Source: Patescibacteria group bacterium (GTDB taxonomy: Bacteria; Patescibacteriota; Microgenomatia; UBA10105; UBA927). From it: a DNA stretch of 64,000 nt. The position numbers were made by a program, and so were the translations under genes. Position 1 is the stretch's first letter. The number at the start of each line of letters is the position of its first letter. The notes under the pieces are model-generated. The model did not search any database. It was not told the origin of the DNA and saw only the letters and a list, made by a program, of their open reading frames with translations. Positions 9,669-19,221 of this stretch are shown here, piece by piece. The stretch lies in NCBI GenBank assembly GCA_049322955.1, contig JBMOPU010000012.1, positions 886,186 to 950,185 on the forward strand, given 5' to 3'.

Positions 9669-10823
9669 ATGTTCCTGTTAGAGCTGATGCACTTTGGGAA
9701 TGCAAAAGCACGCTTCGCATTAACCCAAAAGCCCAGCAAAGAACTGCTATCCAGACAATATTCCAGGAAAATAGATGCAGCCAATGTATACCGAATTCAT
9801 CTTTATTTCCCAAAAGAAATAATGTCGTAGCAAGCGTATATACAATCAGCCACAACTTTGATTCTGTCCAGGAAAATGCAAGAGGTAATACAAAATATTG
9901 CGCACTTATCCCGGTCGTGGTCGCTAAAAAGATAACCAACGAATGCCCCATGCTCCGCCAACTATCCTTACGCTTAGCCAAATACATGGCAATGAGGACA
10001 TTCACCACTACAGTTGCCGCAGTCAAGGCTATATATATCATACGTACGCCACCTGATGTCCCTCCAACAGAAGACTCCATGGTAAGCGTTTGTGAGTGCG
10101 CAAGCATCCGATAAACTGATGTAAGAAAAAAAGACACACCATATTGTCCCGGTATGCCACCATAAAAAAATACTTGCGTCACTATTTCCCTCCATGCGCT
10201 GACATAAGGAAGGAATGACATGAAAAAAATAATCATTGTCGTGGCAATTCTGAGGAAACCTTTTTTACACCCCAATGACTAAAAAACAGAATAAGAAGAG
10301 GAAAAAGAACGATGTGCTTGGTCAAAAGCGCCATTGTACCGAGCAGCCATGCGATAAACGGTAATTTTTTTTGAAAACTTAGCCAAGAAAGAATAAGAAA
10401 AAGAATGGCAAAATTATCGAATTGCCCGTGCTTAGAAGAAATAATCATCGATATGGGATTAAGAAAGTAGAAGAGAAGCGGGTGAAATATTGAAATCTTC
10501 CTCGTTCGGGCAATGTGTGTTAATACAACTAAGGTAACTACATCAACTACCGACAAAAAAAGTCTGATAAATACTGCAAACGGTACGCTCGGGAATATGT
10601 TAGTGCGTATCTGATCCAAGGTTCCCAATATATAAAACCATACAGGGGTATAATTATACGCGGATTGAGCTGAATATATGTTTTCTCCCTGATGGAAAAT
10701 CTCGACATCTTTAAGATAGTTCGTTATATCGACGTTATATGGCAGTGTGGAGAACCATGCTCGAAGGATAATCCCTGAAAGGAGCAAAATGACATATATA
10801 CCATGAAAGAATTTCGCATTCAT
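9649..10823 (-). pseudogene. polytopic membrane protein split by a +1/-1 frameshift at an A6/T6 tract (pseudogene, phase-off variant or sequencing error)
   Basis: Two overlapping minus-strand ORFs (10233..10823 and 9649..10275) are in different frames and both are all-TM. Shifting at the tract 10261..10266 joins ...FFSHWGVKK to GFLRIATTMIIFF..., giving a continuous ~400-aa membrane protein. Confidence 0.45.
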
Positions 10824-10827
10824 ATGG

Positions 10828-12441
10828 CTATTTTTCCATATATTTACCCACAGTCGATTTTAGAGTTTTGTTGTTCCAGTTTAACTTGACAACCTGCGCA
10901 TCAACAGTCAAAAGCTCTGCATCAAGATAAGATTTTTCTGAAAGATAAAATCTAAAACCGATCTTTCCATGCTCATAATATCCCTCACTCCCCCAATTCC
11001 ATAAATCCTCGGCTTTAAAAAAGCTATCATATCTATATATATTTGAATTAACCACCATAGCCACATATCCGACACCTGAGTAGAGAGGGGGTAAATCTCC
11101 GGTATTTACGATAATTGTTTTTGAACTCGTATACTTGCTGGCTTGTTGCAAGGCTTGCACATAACTTGCCATCGGTCTTGCAATGTTAAGAGCGTGATTG
11201 ATATCTTTATGAAAAAAAATAGTATTTCTAAGAATAATAAATGAGAACACCACATAAATTATAATTGACTTAGAGCTATATTTCTCCAATAAAGATCTAA
11301 CTAGCGCACCAAATAATAAAGATAAGAAAATTGCCGAAATATAATAGTGACGAGATTCAAGTCGTAGACTTGTAGGTAATAAAATATACGGCACTGCTGT
11401 TACTAATACTGAAAGTAAAGTAAAGCGAATAAAGTTTTTATCGATTAATTTCTGAAATAACAAGAACGCACCCATCCCAATTCCAATAACCGGACCAACG
11501 ATATAAAAAGATATAAATTCATTAAAAATATCCGCGTTAAGTATAAAACCATATGGAATAATCTTTGTCGAGAGCACAGTGTTTCCGATAAATTTTCCTA
11601 GGAATACTTTATCGTGATCATTTATGAGTAATGATGCCAGCATGGAAGCAGGCATAACGATTGAATTTTTAATAACATTTTGTAAATCGATGCCGCCAAT
11701 GTGTAGTTCTGAAACATTTTGAAAATAGAGGTAAATACTTCCAAAACGCAAAATCAGATATAAAGATATAAAAATAGCTGAGGTTGTAAATTTTTTGACA
11801 TTTCGAGATATGATAAGTTCATACAATGCAATTATTATCACAGCGACTATTACATCTTCTTTGAACAAAAGACCAACGAAGAGCGATATATATGCAACCG
11901 TAAAACCCCAGGATATTTTTCTTTCATAATTCGCATAGATTAGCAGACCGCTAAGTAACAAGAAGGTTGAAGGTAACCCAACCAACGATGCTGCATACCA
12001 AGTGATAGTTTGACTAGCTTGCGAAAATGTTAAAAAAAATAACGCAGAATAAAAGGATATTACTTTTGTAAAAAAACGTCTCGATAAAAAATACACCAAT
12101 AAAACATTAGCAATAGAGAATATATATGTAAAAATGAAGTATGGAAGCGTGTGTAGTTGAAATTGCTTATAAACGTAATAATAGGTGAACCATGACAGAG
12201 GTACAAAATGATAACTAAATGGTTTTATCAGACAAACGAGCCCGCAATCCCTAACTGATAACACCTTTCCAAAAAGGTACCACTCATCTGCTTGAAAATA
12301 TAATCCTTTAAGAGGTACAAATAAAGCCAACGAAATAAGTATTAAAATGCCAATCAGAAGAATATCTGATTTCAGCATATTTGCTTTTACTCTGCTTGCG
12401 AATTTGGACATATTGACTCGCACCAAGGCATATTTCCGCAT
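10828..12441 (-). CDS. polytopic membrane protein (GT-C-like), uncharacterised
   Basis: 537 aa. About 11 TM helices, then a C-terminal ~150-aa soluble domain. AT-rich. Confidence 0.5.
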   Translation of the reverse strand: MRKYALVRVNMSKFASRVKANMLKSDILLIGILILISLALFVPLKGLYFQADEWYLFGKVLSVRDCGLVCLIKPFSYHFVPLSWFTYYYVYKQFQLHTLPYFIFTYIFSIANVLLVYFLSRRFFTKVISFYSALFFLTFSQASQTITWYAASLVGLPSTFLLLSGLLIYANYERKISWGFTVAYISLFVGLLFKEDVIVAVIIIALYELIISRNVKKFTTSAIFISLYLILRFGSIYLYFQNVSELHIGGIDLQNVIKNSIVMPASMLASLLINDHDKVFLGKFIGNTVLSTKIIPYGFILNADIFNEFISFYIVGPVIGIGMGAFLLFQKLIDKNFIRFTLLSVLVTAVPYILLPTSLRLESRHYYISAIFLSLLFGALVRSLLEKYSSKSIIIYVVFSFIILRNTIFFHKDINHALNIARPMASYVQALQQASKYTSSKTIIVNTGDLPPLYSGVGYVAMVVNSNIYRYDSFFKAEDLWNWGSEGYYEHGKIGFRFYLSEKSYLDAELLTVDAQVVKLNWNNKTLKSTVGKYMEK

Positions 12442-12464
12442 AGTATGTATCAGATTTACTGAGA

Positions 12465-13508
12465 TTATTCATCTATATAATTCTCTACCCCTACGGTCAT
12501 CAGATAGTAATATTTCAAATGAGGATGCCTCATAATTTGAGGCCAAAACTCGTTGTCTGATCGAGTACGAATCGTCTTCTGTATATAGGCACGCTTATTG
12601 AGTGTTTTAGGCAAGATGCTAATATTCCAAAATATAGCTCTGTATATCGCCAACGCTATGCGTCCTTTATTTTTGATAACGCAGAATAATGAGTAAAGCA
12701 TGCATATAAAAAGGTGAATTGGAAGTATAGAGATTAACTTAAATGCTCCTAAATTTTTAATATAAGAGTTTATTCGATTTTTAAAGGAATGGTATTGAAC
12801 GAATGAATTATCCATTTGTCCACTTGTAGCTCCCATCTTGTGATAGACAATTGACGAAGGAACAAAGACAACTTTATAGCCACTCAACCACACCCTATGA
12901 CATAAGTCCGTTTCCTCAAAATAAGCAAAATAGTCCGAATCAAACATTTCACTATTAACAAGTACTGCATCTAAAGTTTTTTTTCGTATCATCAAACACG
13001 CACCTTTAGCCGAGTAAGTAAGTAACTGCTTGTTATAAAATGTTCCGTTTTTCTTTGCGTAACCGTAGTGGTACAGAAAGCCTGTAGGGGTAAGATATGC
13101 GCCCACCGAATCCAAATACCCTGGATTATCCATCATTAACAGCTTACTTTGCGCGGCTCCAATTGCTTTATCTCGTAAAAAAACTCGCACGAGATTACTG
13201 ATACATGTTGATGTAGCCATCGTATCGTTATTTAAAAGGAGGATATATTCTCCATGCGCAGAAGAAAGACCGGCGTTGTTGCCTCCCGCAAAGCCAATAT
13301 TTCTCGAAAGAGAAACGGTTACAACCTCAGGAAATTTTTGCCGGACAAATTCGACTGAACCGTCGTGAGATCCGTTATCAACAAAAATAATCTCAATGTG
13401 TCTATATTGCTGTTTTCTAAGACTATTTATGCATTTTTTGAGGTGATTTTTCCCGTTAAAATTTACTATAATAACTGATACAAGCGGGTGTTTTTCTGTA
13501 TTTTTCAT
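12465..13508 (-). CDS. glycosyltransferase family 2
   Basis: VSVIIVNFNG ... IIFVDNGSHDGS ... and a DxD region. Start moved to MKNTEKHP so the gene overlaps the upstream stop as ATGA. Confidence 0.8.
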   Translation of the reverse strand: MKNTEKHPLVSVIIVNFNGKNHLKKCINSLRKQQYRHIEIIFVDNGSHDGSVEFVRQKFPEVVTVSLSRNIGFAGGNNAGLSSAHGEYILLLNNDTMATSTCISNLVRVFLRDKAIGAAQSKLLMMDNPGYLDSVGAYLTPTGFLYHYGYAKKNGTFYNKQLLTYSAKGACLMIRKKTLDAVLVNSEMFDSDYFAYFEETDLCHRVWLSGYKVVFVPSSIVYHKMGATSGQMDNSFVQYHSFKNRINSYIKNLGAFKLISILPIHLFICMLYSLFCVIKNKGRIALAIYRAIFWNISILPKTLNKRAYIQKTIRTRSDNEFWPQIMRHPHLKYYYLMTVGVENYIDE

Positions 13509-14383
13509 TTCTTTTGTAATGCAACCATAATATTGGATGCCCAAAATTTGGAGGATATCTGTTTTTCATCAATATCTTCAATTATTTTTTCTAGCATTGA
13601 AATTCGCAGAAGTGATAAAAATGCCCCGAAAAGTTTTACAAGGTGTCCCGTGTAATATACCGCTTTAACTGCATATCTTTTTCCGAATAATGACACAATG
13701 TCTTCGAGTGAGTAATGACGGTAATGCCCCACTTTTCTATCAGAATACATGTAAATGGGAATGAACAACGGGAAGACATATCGGAAAGCAAGAGGGACAC
13801 CGACAATAACTATTCCAAATTTTTTTATGTATTCATTTAATTGAACTACTACCTTTTTATCATTTTGCAGGTGTTCTATAACATGCAGAAGAATTGTCAT
13901 TTGTACGCTTCTTTTTTTTAGCCGTAATTTTGTGATGTCTGAGGCTACAAACAGAATACGATTCTGTAATTTTTTTATCTTTGCGACTGCTCTCGCATGA
14001 AAAAGCCCTTCAATAGAAAGATCGCACGCGATGACCGTGTATCCTAACTCCGCAAGAGCAATGGAAACATATCCCTGACCACATGCCGCATCCAGAATTA
14101 TTGATTTTTTGTTCGTAGGCAGGAAAGGCTGTAACCGTCGAATATATCTATTCCGCCATTCAAATTGCGTATTTGCATAGTCATTTACATACTCTTTGTC
14201 ATAATAGTTTTTTTGATGTTCATTATGTGTGTCCTCAAACACCCTGTCATCCAGAAAATTTATCACGCCGTTGGTGACTGCATACCGCTTTTTGCAACGT
14301 CCACAAATGATTGCTTTTTTACCTTGCCCTGATAGGGCGCCGCCGCAAGACGGACAGCAAATTATTCTTAAAAGATTATTCAT
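13505..14383 (-). CDS. SAM-dependent methyltransferase with N-terminal Trm112-like zinc ribbon
   Basis: CPSCGG...CGRCKK ribbon, then ILDAACGQGYVSIALAELGYTVIACD (motif I) and a DVIEH-type motif II. Confidence 0.75.
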   Translation of the reverse strand: MNNLLRIICCPSCGGALSGQGKKAIICGRCKKRYAVTNGVINFLDDRVFEDTHNEHQKNYYDKEYVNDYANTQFEWRNRYIRRLQPFLPTNKKSIILDAACGQGYVSIALAELGYTVIACDLSIEGLFHARAVAKIKKLQNRILFVASDITKLRLKKRSVQMTILLHVIEHLQNDKKVVVQLNEYIKKFGIVIVGVPLAFRYVFPLFIPIYMYSDRKVGHYRHYSLEDIVSLFGKRYAVKAVYYTGHLVKLFGAFLSLLRISMLEKIIEDIDEKQISSKFWASNIMVALQKK

Positions 14384-15540
14384 AGTGCCTTCGCAAACTC
14401 ATACTCATATATTTTATATATATCGTTCTTTTCTGCATATAGTCTGCTCTGCGTACATATGTGTGTGTGCTTTTTTTTGTCTTTATAGAGATCTAAGACG
14501 CCCTTGGCAAATGAGCATGGGTCTCCCGGTACTACGATCCCTGTGCCGTATTTGATAACGCGTTTGGAGAAACTATAGCCCTTTGTCACAATGGTAGGTA
14601 TACCCGCAGCCGCATAAATTTGAATCTTCATAGGATCTGTGGTGGTAAGAAGTGAAGAGTCATCCTTCCTATAGGGCGCCAAACCGCAGAGGTATGAACC
14701 GAGTTTGGAAGCATACGTAAATATATCCTGATACCCATGTAATCGAACATAATTTTCCAGTGAAAATTTTTTTACTTTATTCAGTATGATTGCTTCTTCT
14801 GATCCTACTCCGATAATATCCAGTCTGAATGACGGCTCATATTTATGTATTTCTTTGAGTATGTCCGGTAATAGATCAGCCCCGTTCATGCGATTAAGCG
14901 TTCCTATGAAAACAAGTGTCGGCGTTTCTAACTTTTTATGCCTCCTGGGAAAAAGCGCCACCGGAACATTTGCGGGAATCACCCGTATGGGTTTTTGCTC
15001 CTTCATCCTTCTGCTTATTTGAATATCGTTCGATAATGCCCAATTTATATCACTGTTTGCATACGCAAAGCCGTCCAGCAAACGATACAAAACGTTCATT
15101 TTCGCTCCGCTAAAACGTTTTTTTGCAATACCGTGCGAATAAAAAATAACTCTTTTACATCCCCCGATACGACGGAAAAATATCGCTATGAGAGCAAGAA
15201 GAGAATTTTGTGCAATAACGAGGTCAAAAGATTGATGACGCATCCTGAATAACACCCACAGCCCCTGAAGGAAATGCAGGATATAGGTTAACGACGGGTG
15301 TCCGACGTATGTACGAATATTCTTCGTTGCTATCTTCTTGCCATATCTGTACTCATACACCTCGATATGCGTGAGTAACGGAATTTCAGGAAGGGGGAAT
15401 TTAATAGCTGCTACGTATTGTGTTTTATGATCATTCAAATAAAGAGTCAAAAAGTCTTGCATGGCAGTAGTGGCGTAATGGGACAGTAGGAGCACCCGCG
15501 AAGACCTGTATCTCTCTTTGTTGGTATCTTTTTCGTTCAT
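14380..15540 (-). CDS. glycosyltransferase family 4
   Basis: GT-B C-terminal region: VFIGTLNRMNGADLL ... RLDIIGVGSE ... RLHGYQD. A (TG)4 + T8 simple-sequence tract lies near the 3' end (14455..14478). Confidence 0.75.
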   Translation of the reverse strand: MNEKDTNKERYRSSRVLLLSHYATTAMQDFLTLYLNDHKTQYVAAIKFPLPEIPLLTHIEVYEYRYGKKIATKNIRTYVGHPSLTYILHFLQGLWVLFRMRHQSFDLVIAQNSLLALIAIFFRRIGGCKRVIFYSHGIAKKRFSGAKMNVLYRLLDGFAYANSDINWALSNDIQISRRMKEQKPIRVIPANVPVALFPRRHKKLETPTLVFIGTLNRMNGADLLPDILKEIHKYEPSFRLDIIGVGSEEAIILNKVKKFSLENYVRLHGYQDIFTYASKLGSYLCGLAPYRKDDSSLLTTTDPMKIQIYAAAGIPTIVTKGYSFSKRVIKYGTGIVVPGDPCSFAKGVLDLYKDKKKHTHICTQSRLYAEKNDIYKIYEYEFAKAL

Positions 15541-16481
15541 ACATTCTCACACATATGTTTTATTCCCTTGTCGATAGTATATTGCTCCTTAAAGGGTGTA
15601 AGCGTAAGAAATTGTTTGTTTGAATATTTCCGATGAACAGATTGGCTTTCTGGCGGTGAGTACCTTATTTTTGATTTTGAACCTGTAATATCCACAACTT
15701 TTTTGGCCAGTTCGTATAAATTTATCCGTTGTGATCCGATAATGTTCACCGGTTCACCCGTTGCGTGCTTCTCAATAAGAAGCGTTAGTGCCCGTGCAAG
15801 ATCGGTAACGAACATAAATGTTAATTCCTTGCTTTTTGGTGCCGTAATCTTTATCGGCTTATTGGCTTTGGCAAGATGTATGAATGTCGGGATAACTCGT
15901 CCTTTTGCTACATCGTCCCCGGGTCCATATACGTTGCCCGCTCTGGCAATTGCGATGCGAAGATTCTTATCGTGATAATACTTGCCTAAAATTTCTGTAT
16001 ATCTTTTTACCCATGCATACGCGCCGATATCTTCATCAAACCAATAGCCCCGATTAAAACGCTTATCCACCACACTTGATTTTGATATTGCATAGACTTC
16101 TACAGAGCTCATTAAGAGTAGCCGTGATACCCGGTTTATTTTGCATGCATCCAAAATATTCAACGCGATTCTCGTGTTCGTCTGCAAGATTTCATGTGTA
16201 TGCGCCTGCTTATACGCCGTCCCGCCATCTAAGCCTGCGAAATGAAACACAATATCGGTGTTTTTCAGGACGCGAACGGTATTTTCGCGATTATTTAAAT
16301 CAACGACGCAAACTCGTAGATTTTTTTTCCGTACGGCATTAGGTTTCTGTTTTGATCGATGAGACACTAGTGCCGTCACCCGGGCACCATGTTCAGACAA
16401 AAATCGTACAACATGACTTCCGATAAACCCTCCGGCTCCGGTCACGGCAACTTTTTTATTAATCCAAAAGGAGTCACTCAT
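15537..16481 (-). CDS. NAD-dependent epimerase/dehydratase family protein
   Basis: VAVTGAGGFIGSHVV Rossmann motif and YAWVK (YxxxK). 314 aa. Confidence 0.75.
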   Translation of the reverse strand: MSDSFWINKKVAVTGAGGFIGSHVVRFLSEHGARVTALVSHRSKQKPNAVRKKNLRVCVVDLNNRENTVRVLKNTDIVFHFAGLDGGTAYKQAHTHEILQTNTRIALNILDACKINRVSRLLLMSSVEVYAISKSSVVDKRFNRGYWFDEDIGAYAWVKRYTEILGKYYHDKNLRIAIARAGNVYGPGDDVAKGRVIPTFIHLAKANKPIKITAPKSKELTFMFVTDLARALTLLIEKHATGEPVNIIGSQRINLYELAKKVVDITGSKSKIRYSPPESQSVHRKYSNKQFLTLTPFKEQYTIDKGIKHMCENV

Positions 16482-17314
16482 GATTTTCGCAGTATTGCAG
16501 TAAGAATACCTAGCAATCCGGCTGTGTATTCGACTGTCCTCATAATAATAAAGGCGAGTGTATCAACGGGACGGTGGAGAAACAATCTCCAGTTACGGAT
16601 ATATGCCATACGTATGGGAAAGTAACTTTTGGTTGCCGCTTTTGGTCGCTTCGCAAGGTATAACAACGAATCTCTGCCGTACATATATCGTTTTCGAAAC
16701 AGTTTTCTTAGCGTAAGCGCCCCTTCATTATGACGAAGAATTTCAGTACTCCAGTAAGTGGCGAATCCCCCTTCTTGCAACGCTACCGCCAGATCCCAAT
16801 CATCGCCACCGCCACCCAGTGATGTATCAAGCCCCCCTAATCGTTTCCATACGCTGGCCTTCACAAAACGAGGCGCTTCGATAGTTTCGTCACCCCAGTA
16901 GCATTGCCGCTCTAAATTTTTTGCCCGTGCCCAAATACCTTCACCGAATGAATCCTCCGATACGATCACCGCGTCTGCCCCTTTTTTACACAGATCAACG
17001 CAATTTTTTATTACTTTTGGGGTCAACTCCATATCTGCATCAATGATATATATGAATTCACCCTTAGCTTTTTTCGCTCCGTAATTCCGTCGGTAAGGAG
17101 CATCAAAATATCCCCGGGGCACCTTTGGGTTATAGGTATATACATGTGCGCCATACTGCTTGGCTATTACCCTTGTGTCGTCGGTGGAGTTACCGTCAAC
17201 GAGTATGATTTCAATATCTTTGTGTGTCTGTGCCCTCACGCTTCGAAGGCAATTTTCTAAAAAAACGGCGGAATTTTTTGTGGGTATGATGACGGATACT
17301 TGCCCTTTTTTCAT
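16478..17314 (-). CDS. glycosyltransferase family 2
   Basis: VSVIIPTKNS ... IEIILVDGNSTDDT ... IIDADME. Confidence 0.8.
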   Translation of the reverse strand: MKKGQVSVIIPTKNSAVFLENCLRSVRAQTHKDIEIILVDGNSTDDTRVIAKQYGAHVYTYNPKVPRGYFDAPYRRNYGAKKAKGEFIYIIDADMELTPKVIKNCVDLCKKGADAVIVSEDSFGEGIWARAKNLERQCYWGDETIEAPRFVKASVWKRLGGLDTSLGGGGDDWDLAVALQEGGFATYWSTEILRHNEGALTLRKLFRKRYMYGRDSLLYLAKRPKAATKSYFPIRMAYIRNWRLFLHRPVDTLAFIIMRTVEYTAGLLGILTAILRKS

Positions 17315-18414
17315 AATATTTCGATAAACCGGTTATACGACACTTTCCATGTGTGCTCATCACTTCCGCCGATTGCGTTTCTTTCCATCCTTTTGCGCAA
17401 CGAGGCATTTCGTATGACCAGCATCATCGCGTCTGCAAGCTCACGGATGTCTGGAGTTGTCGAAAGCAATATTCCGCTACGAAAATCAGCAATAGAATCA
17501 CACAGACCGGTCACACGCGTACCTATACTCGGCGTTCCGCAGGCGGCGGCTTCCGTCACCACCATCCCCCATCCTTCCTTTACCGACGGAAGCAAAAGCG
17601 CCCACGCCTCCTGCATGAGCTTTACCTTCTGATCCTTGGGGTGCTTATCAAAAAACAGATGATCTTTGTTAACCAGAAAAACATTTTTTTGCAGTCCGTA
17701 CTCGTTAATCATTTCTTGGAGCCGTTGTTCCATCGGTCCGTAACCGACGATAGCAAGCTTCGCATCAGGGACTGATTTGACCACGATTCGCATGGCCTCG
17801 ACACACATGTCCGGCCGTTTCATGGCGGTAAGCCGCGCCACAAAAACAAAGAGCGGAGTCTTTGACTTCTTCCCCGGTTTATAGCGATCATGGTCAATCC
17901 CTATGGGAAACGTGCTGATATGGGGAAGCGGGATGCCGAACGAAGCAATATCCTTTTTGACGCTTTCCGAATAGCACACAAACCGCGTCGTTTTATAAGT
18001 GAAGTATTCGAGCGGTTCTAAAAGGTACGCGATATGCGAAATCACGGGCGGCAGTTCATAAAAAAACACTTCCTTGGCCAGTTGATTTACGTAGGCTATT
18101 CGTTTCTCCCTTGGCACATATAAGGGTGTTTGCCAGCAAATGGTGTTGACGCAATCGATCACTTTATCGGGTTTTTCGGCAAGCGAGCGATAATACCGAA
18201 ACGCTTCCCAATAGACCGTAAATCGGTTGCCGCGACGGATAATGCGGATGCCGTCAATCGTCTCTTCCTTTTTTCCGCCGTTGTAGGTTCGGGAAAACCA
18301 CGTCACGGTATGACCGTCACGCACCAACCGTTTGGAGAGTTCATAAAGGATAACTTCCGCTCCTCCGACATCGGGATTTTTTATATCTTTCCAGTTGAGG
18401 ATCAGGATATCCAT
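17311..18414 (-). CDS. glycosyltransferase family 4
   Basis: EX7E-type motif: LLPSVKEGWGMVVTEAAACGTPSIG. Confidence 0.8.
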   Translation of the reverse strand: MDILILNWKDIKNPDVGGAEVILYELSKRLVRDGHTVTWFSRTYNGGKKEETIDGIRIIRRGNRFTVYWEAFRYYRSLAEKPDKVIDCVNTICWQTPLYVPREKRIAYVNQLAKEVFFYELPPVISHIAYLLEPLEYFTYKTTRFVCYSESVKKDIASFGIPLPHISTFPIGIDHDRYKPGKKSKTPLFVFVARLTAMKRPDMCVEAMRIVVKSVPDAKLAIVGYGPMEQRLQEMINEYGLQKNVFLVNKDHLFFDKHPKDQKVKLMQEAWALLLPSVKEGWGMVVTEAAACGTPSIGTRVTGLCDSIADFRSGILLSTTPDIRELADAMMLVIRNASLRKRMERNAIGGSDEHTWKVSYNRFIEIL

Positions 18415-18426
18415 AGATAGGCATGA

Positions 18427-19209
18427 TTATACCGCTTTTTGCGCGCAGGCGATCAGCGTCGTGCCAAAGGGCAACGCGATCCGTGTAGTGAGATAAGTAT
18501 CTAGTCGCATGGAAAACAACAGCAATCGGTTAAGCGGAGCGGCGGGCATGCGAAGCACCCCCTCAAGCACCGCCATCGTGTCATCGGTATGCGCGGGTGA
18601 GATCAGCAGTTTTTTCACAAGAAAGTGCGGCAGATACTGAAAAAAACCGAGATATCCGACAAATCGTACCGTGTATCCGCTTTTTTCCAGCGCTTCGATA
18701 AGGGCGGCTTTGGTGTACCGTCGCTTATGCCCCGATATCGTGTCATATGCACTCCATAACTCCGACCGTGCGGGAACCGTCACAAACAACATCCCTCCGG
18801 GATTGAGCAAAGACCGACATCTCTCGAGCGCTTTTGTTGCATGGGCAATATGTTCAATAACGTCAAAGATACCGACTGCATCAAATTTTTTTGCGGGTTT
18901 AAAATCAAAGAGATCGCCGACAACAAACGTTGCGGAAGGCACGCGTTTTCTTGCATATCTGATGCCATCACCGTGCATATCCAGGCCGGTCACCCGAAAC
19001 CCCATCGCGGCAAGTTCACGAAGGACATATCCCGTACCGCATCCGACTTCAAGAAACCGTTTTCCCAGGGGTTTGGGAAAATATTTCGTGATAATTGACC
19101 GGATCGCATGGTTTCTGCCGCGAAACCAAAAATGCCGTTCTTCGCGGTCGACAAGAAGCGCATAGGCTTCTTTCGGGTAATCACTTGCGGGAGATTTTTT
19201 TGCCGTCAT
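18427..19209 (-). CDS. class I SAM-dependent methyltransferase
   Basis: FLEVGCGTGYVLRELAAMGFRVTGLD and FDVIEH. Confidence 0.8.
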   Translation of the reverse strand: MTAKKSPASDYPKEAYALLVDREERHFWFRGRNHAIRSIITKYFPKPLGKRFLEVGCGTGYVLRELAAMGFRVTGLDMHGDGIRYARKRVPSATFVVGDLFDFKPAKKFDAVGIFDVIEHIAHATKALERCRSLLNPGGMLFVTVPARSELWSAYDTISGHKRRYTKAALIEALEKSGYTVRFVGYLGFFQYLPHFLVKKLLISPAHTDDTMAVLEGVLRMPAAPLNRLLLFSMRLDTYLTTRIALPFGTTLIACAQKAV

Positions 19210-19221
19210 ACATGCCCCGTA

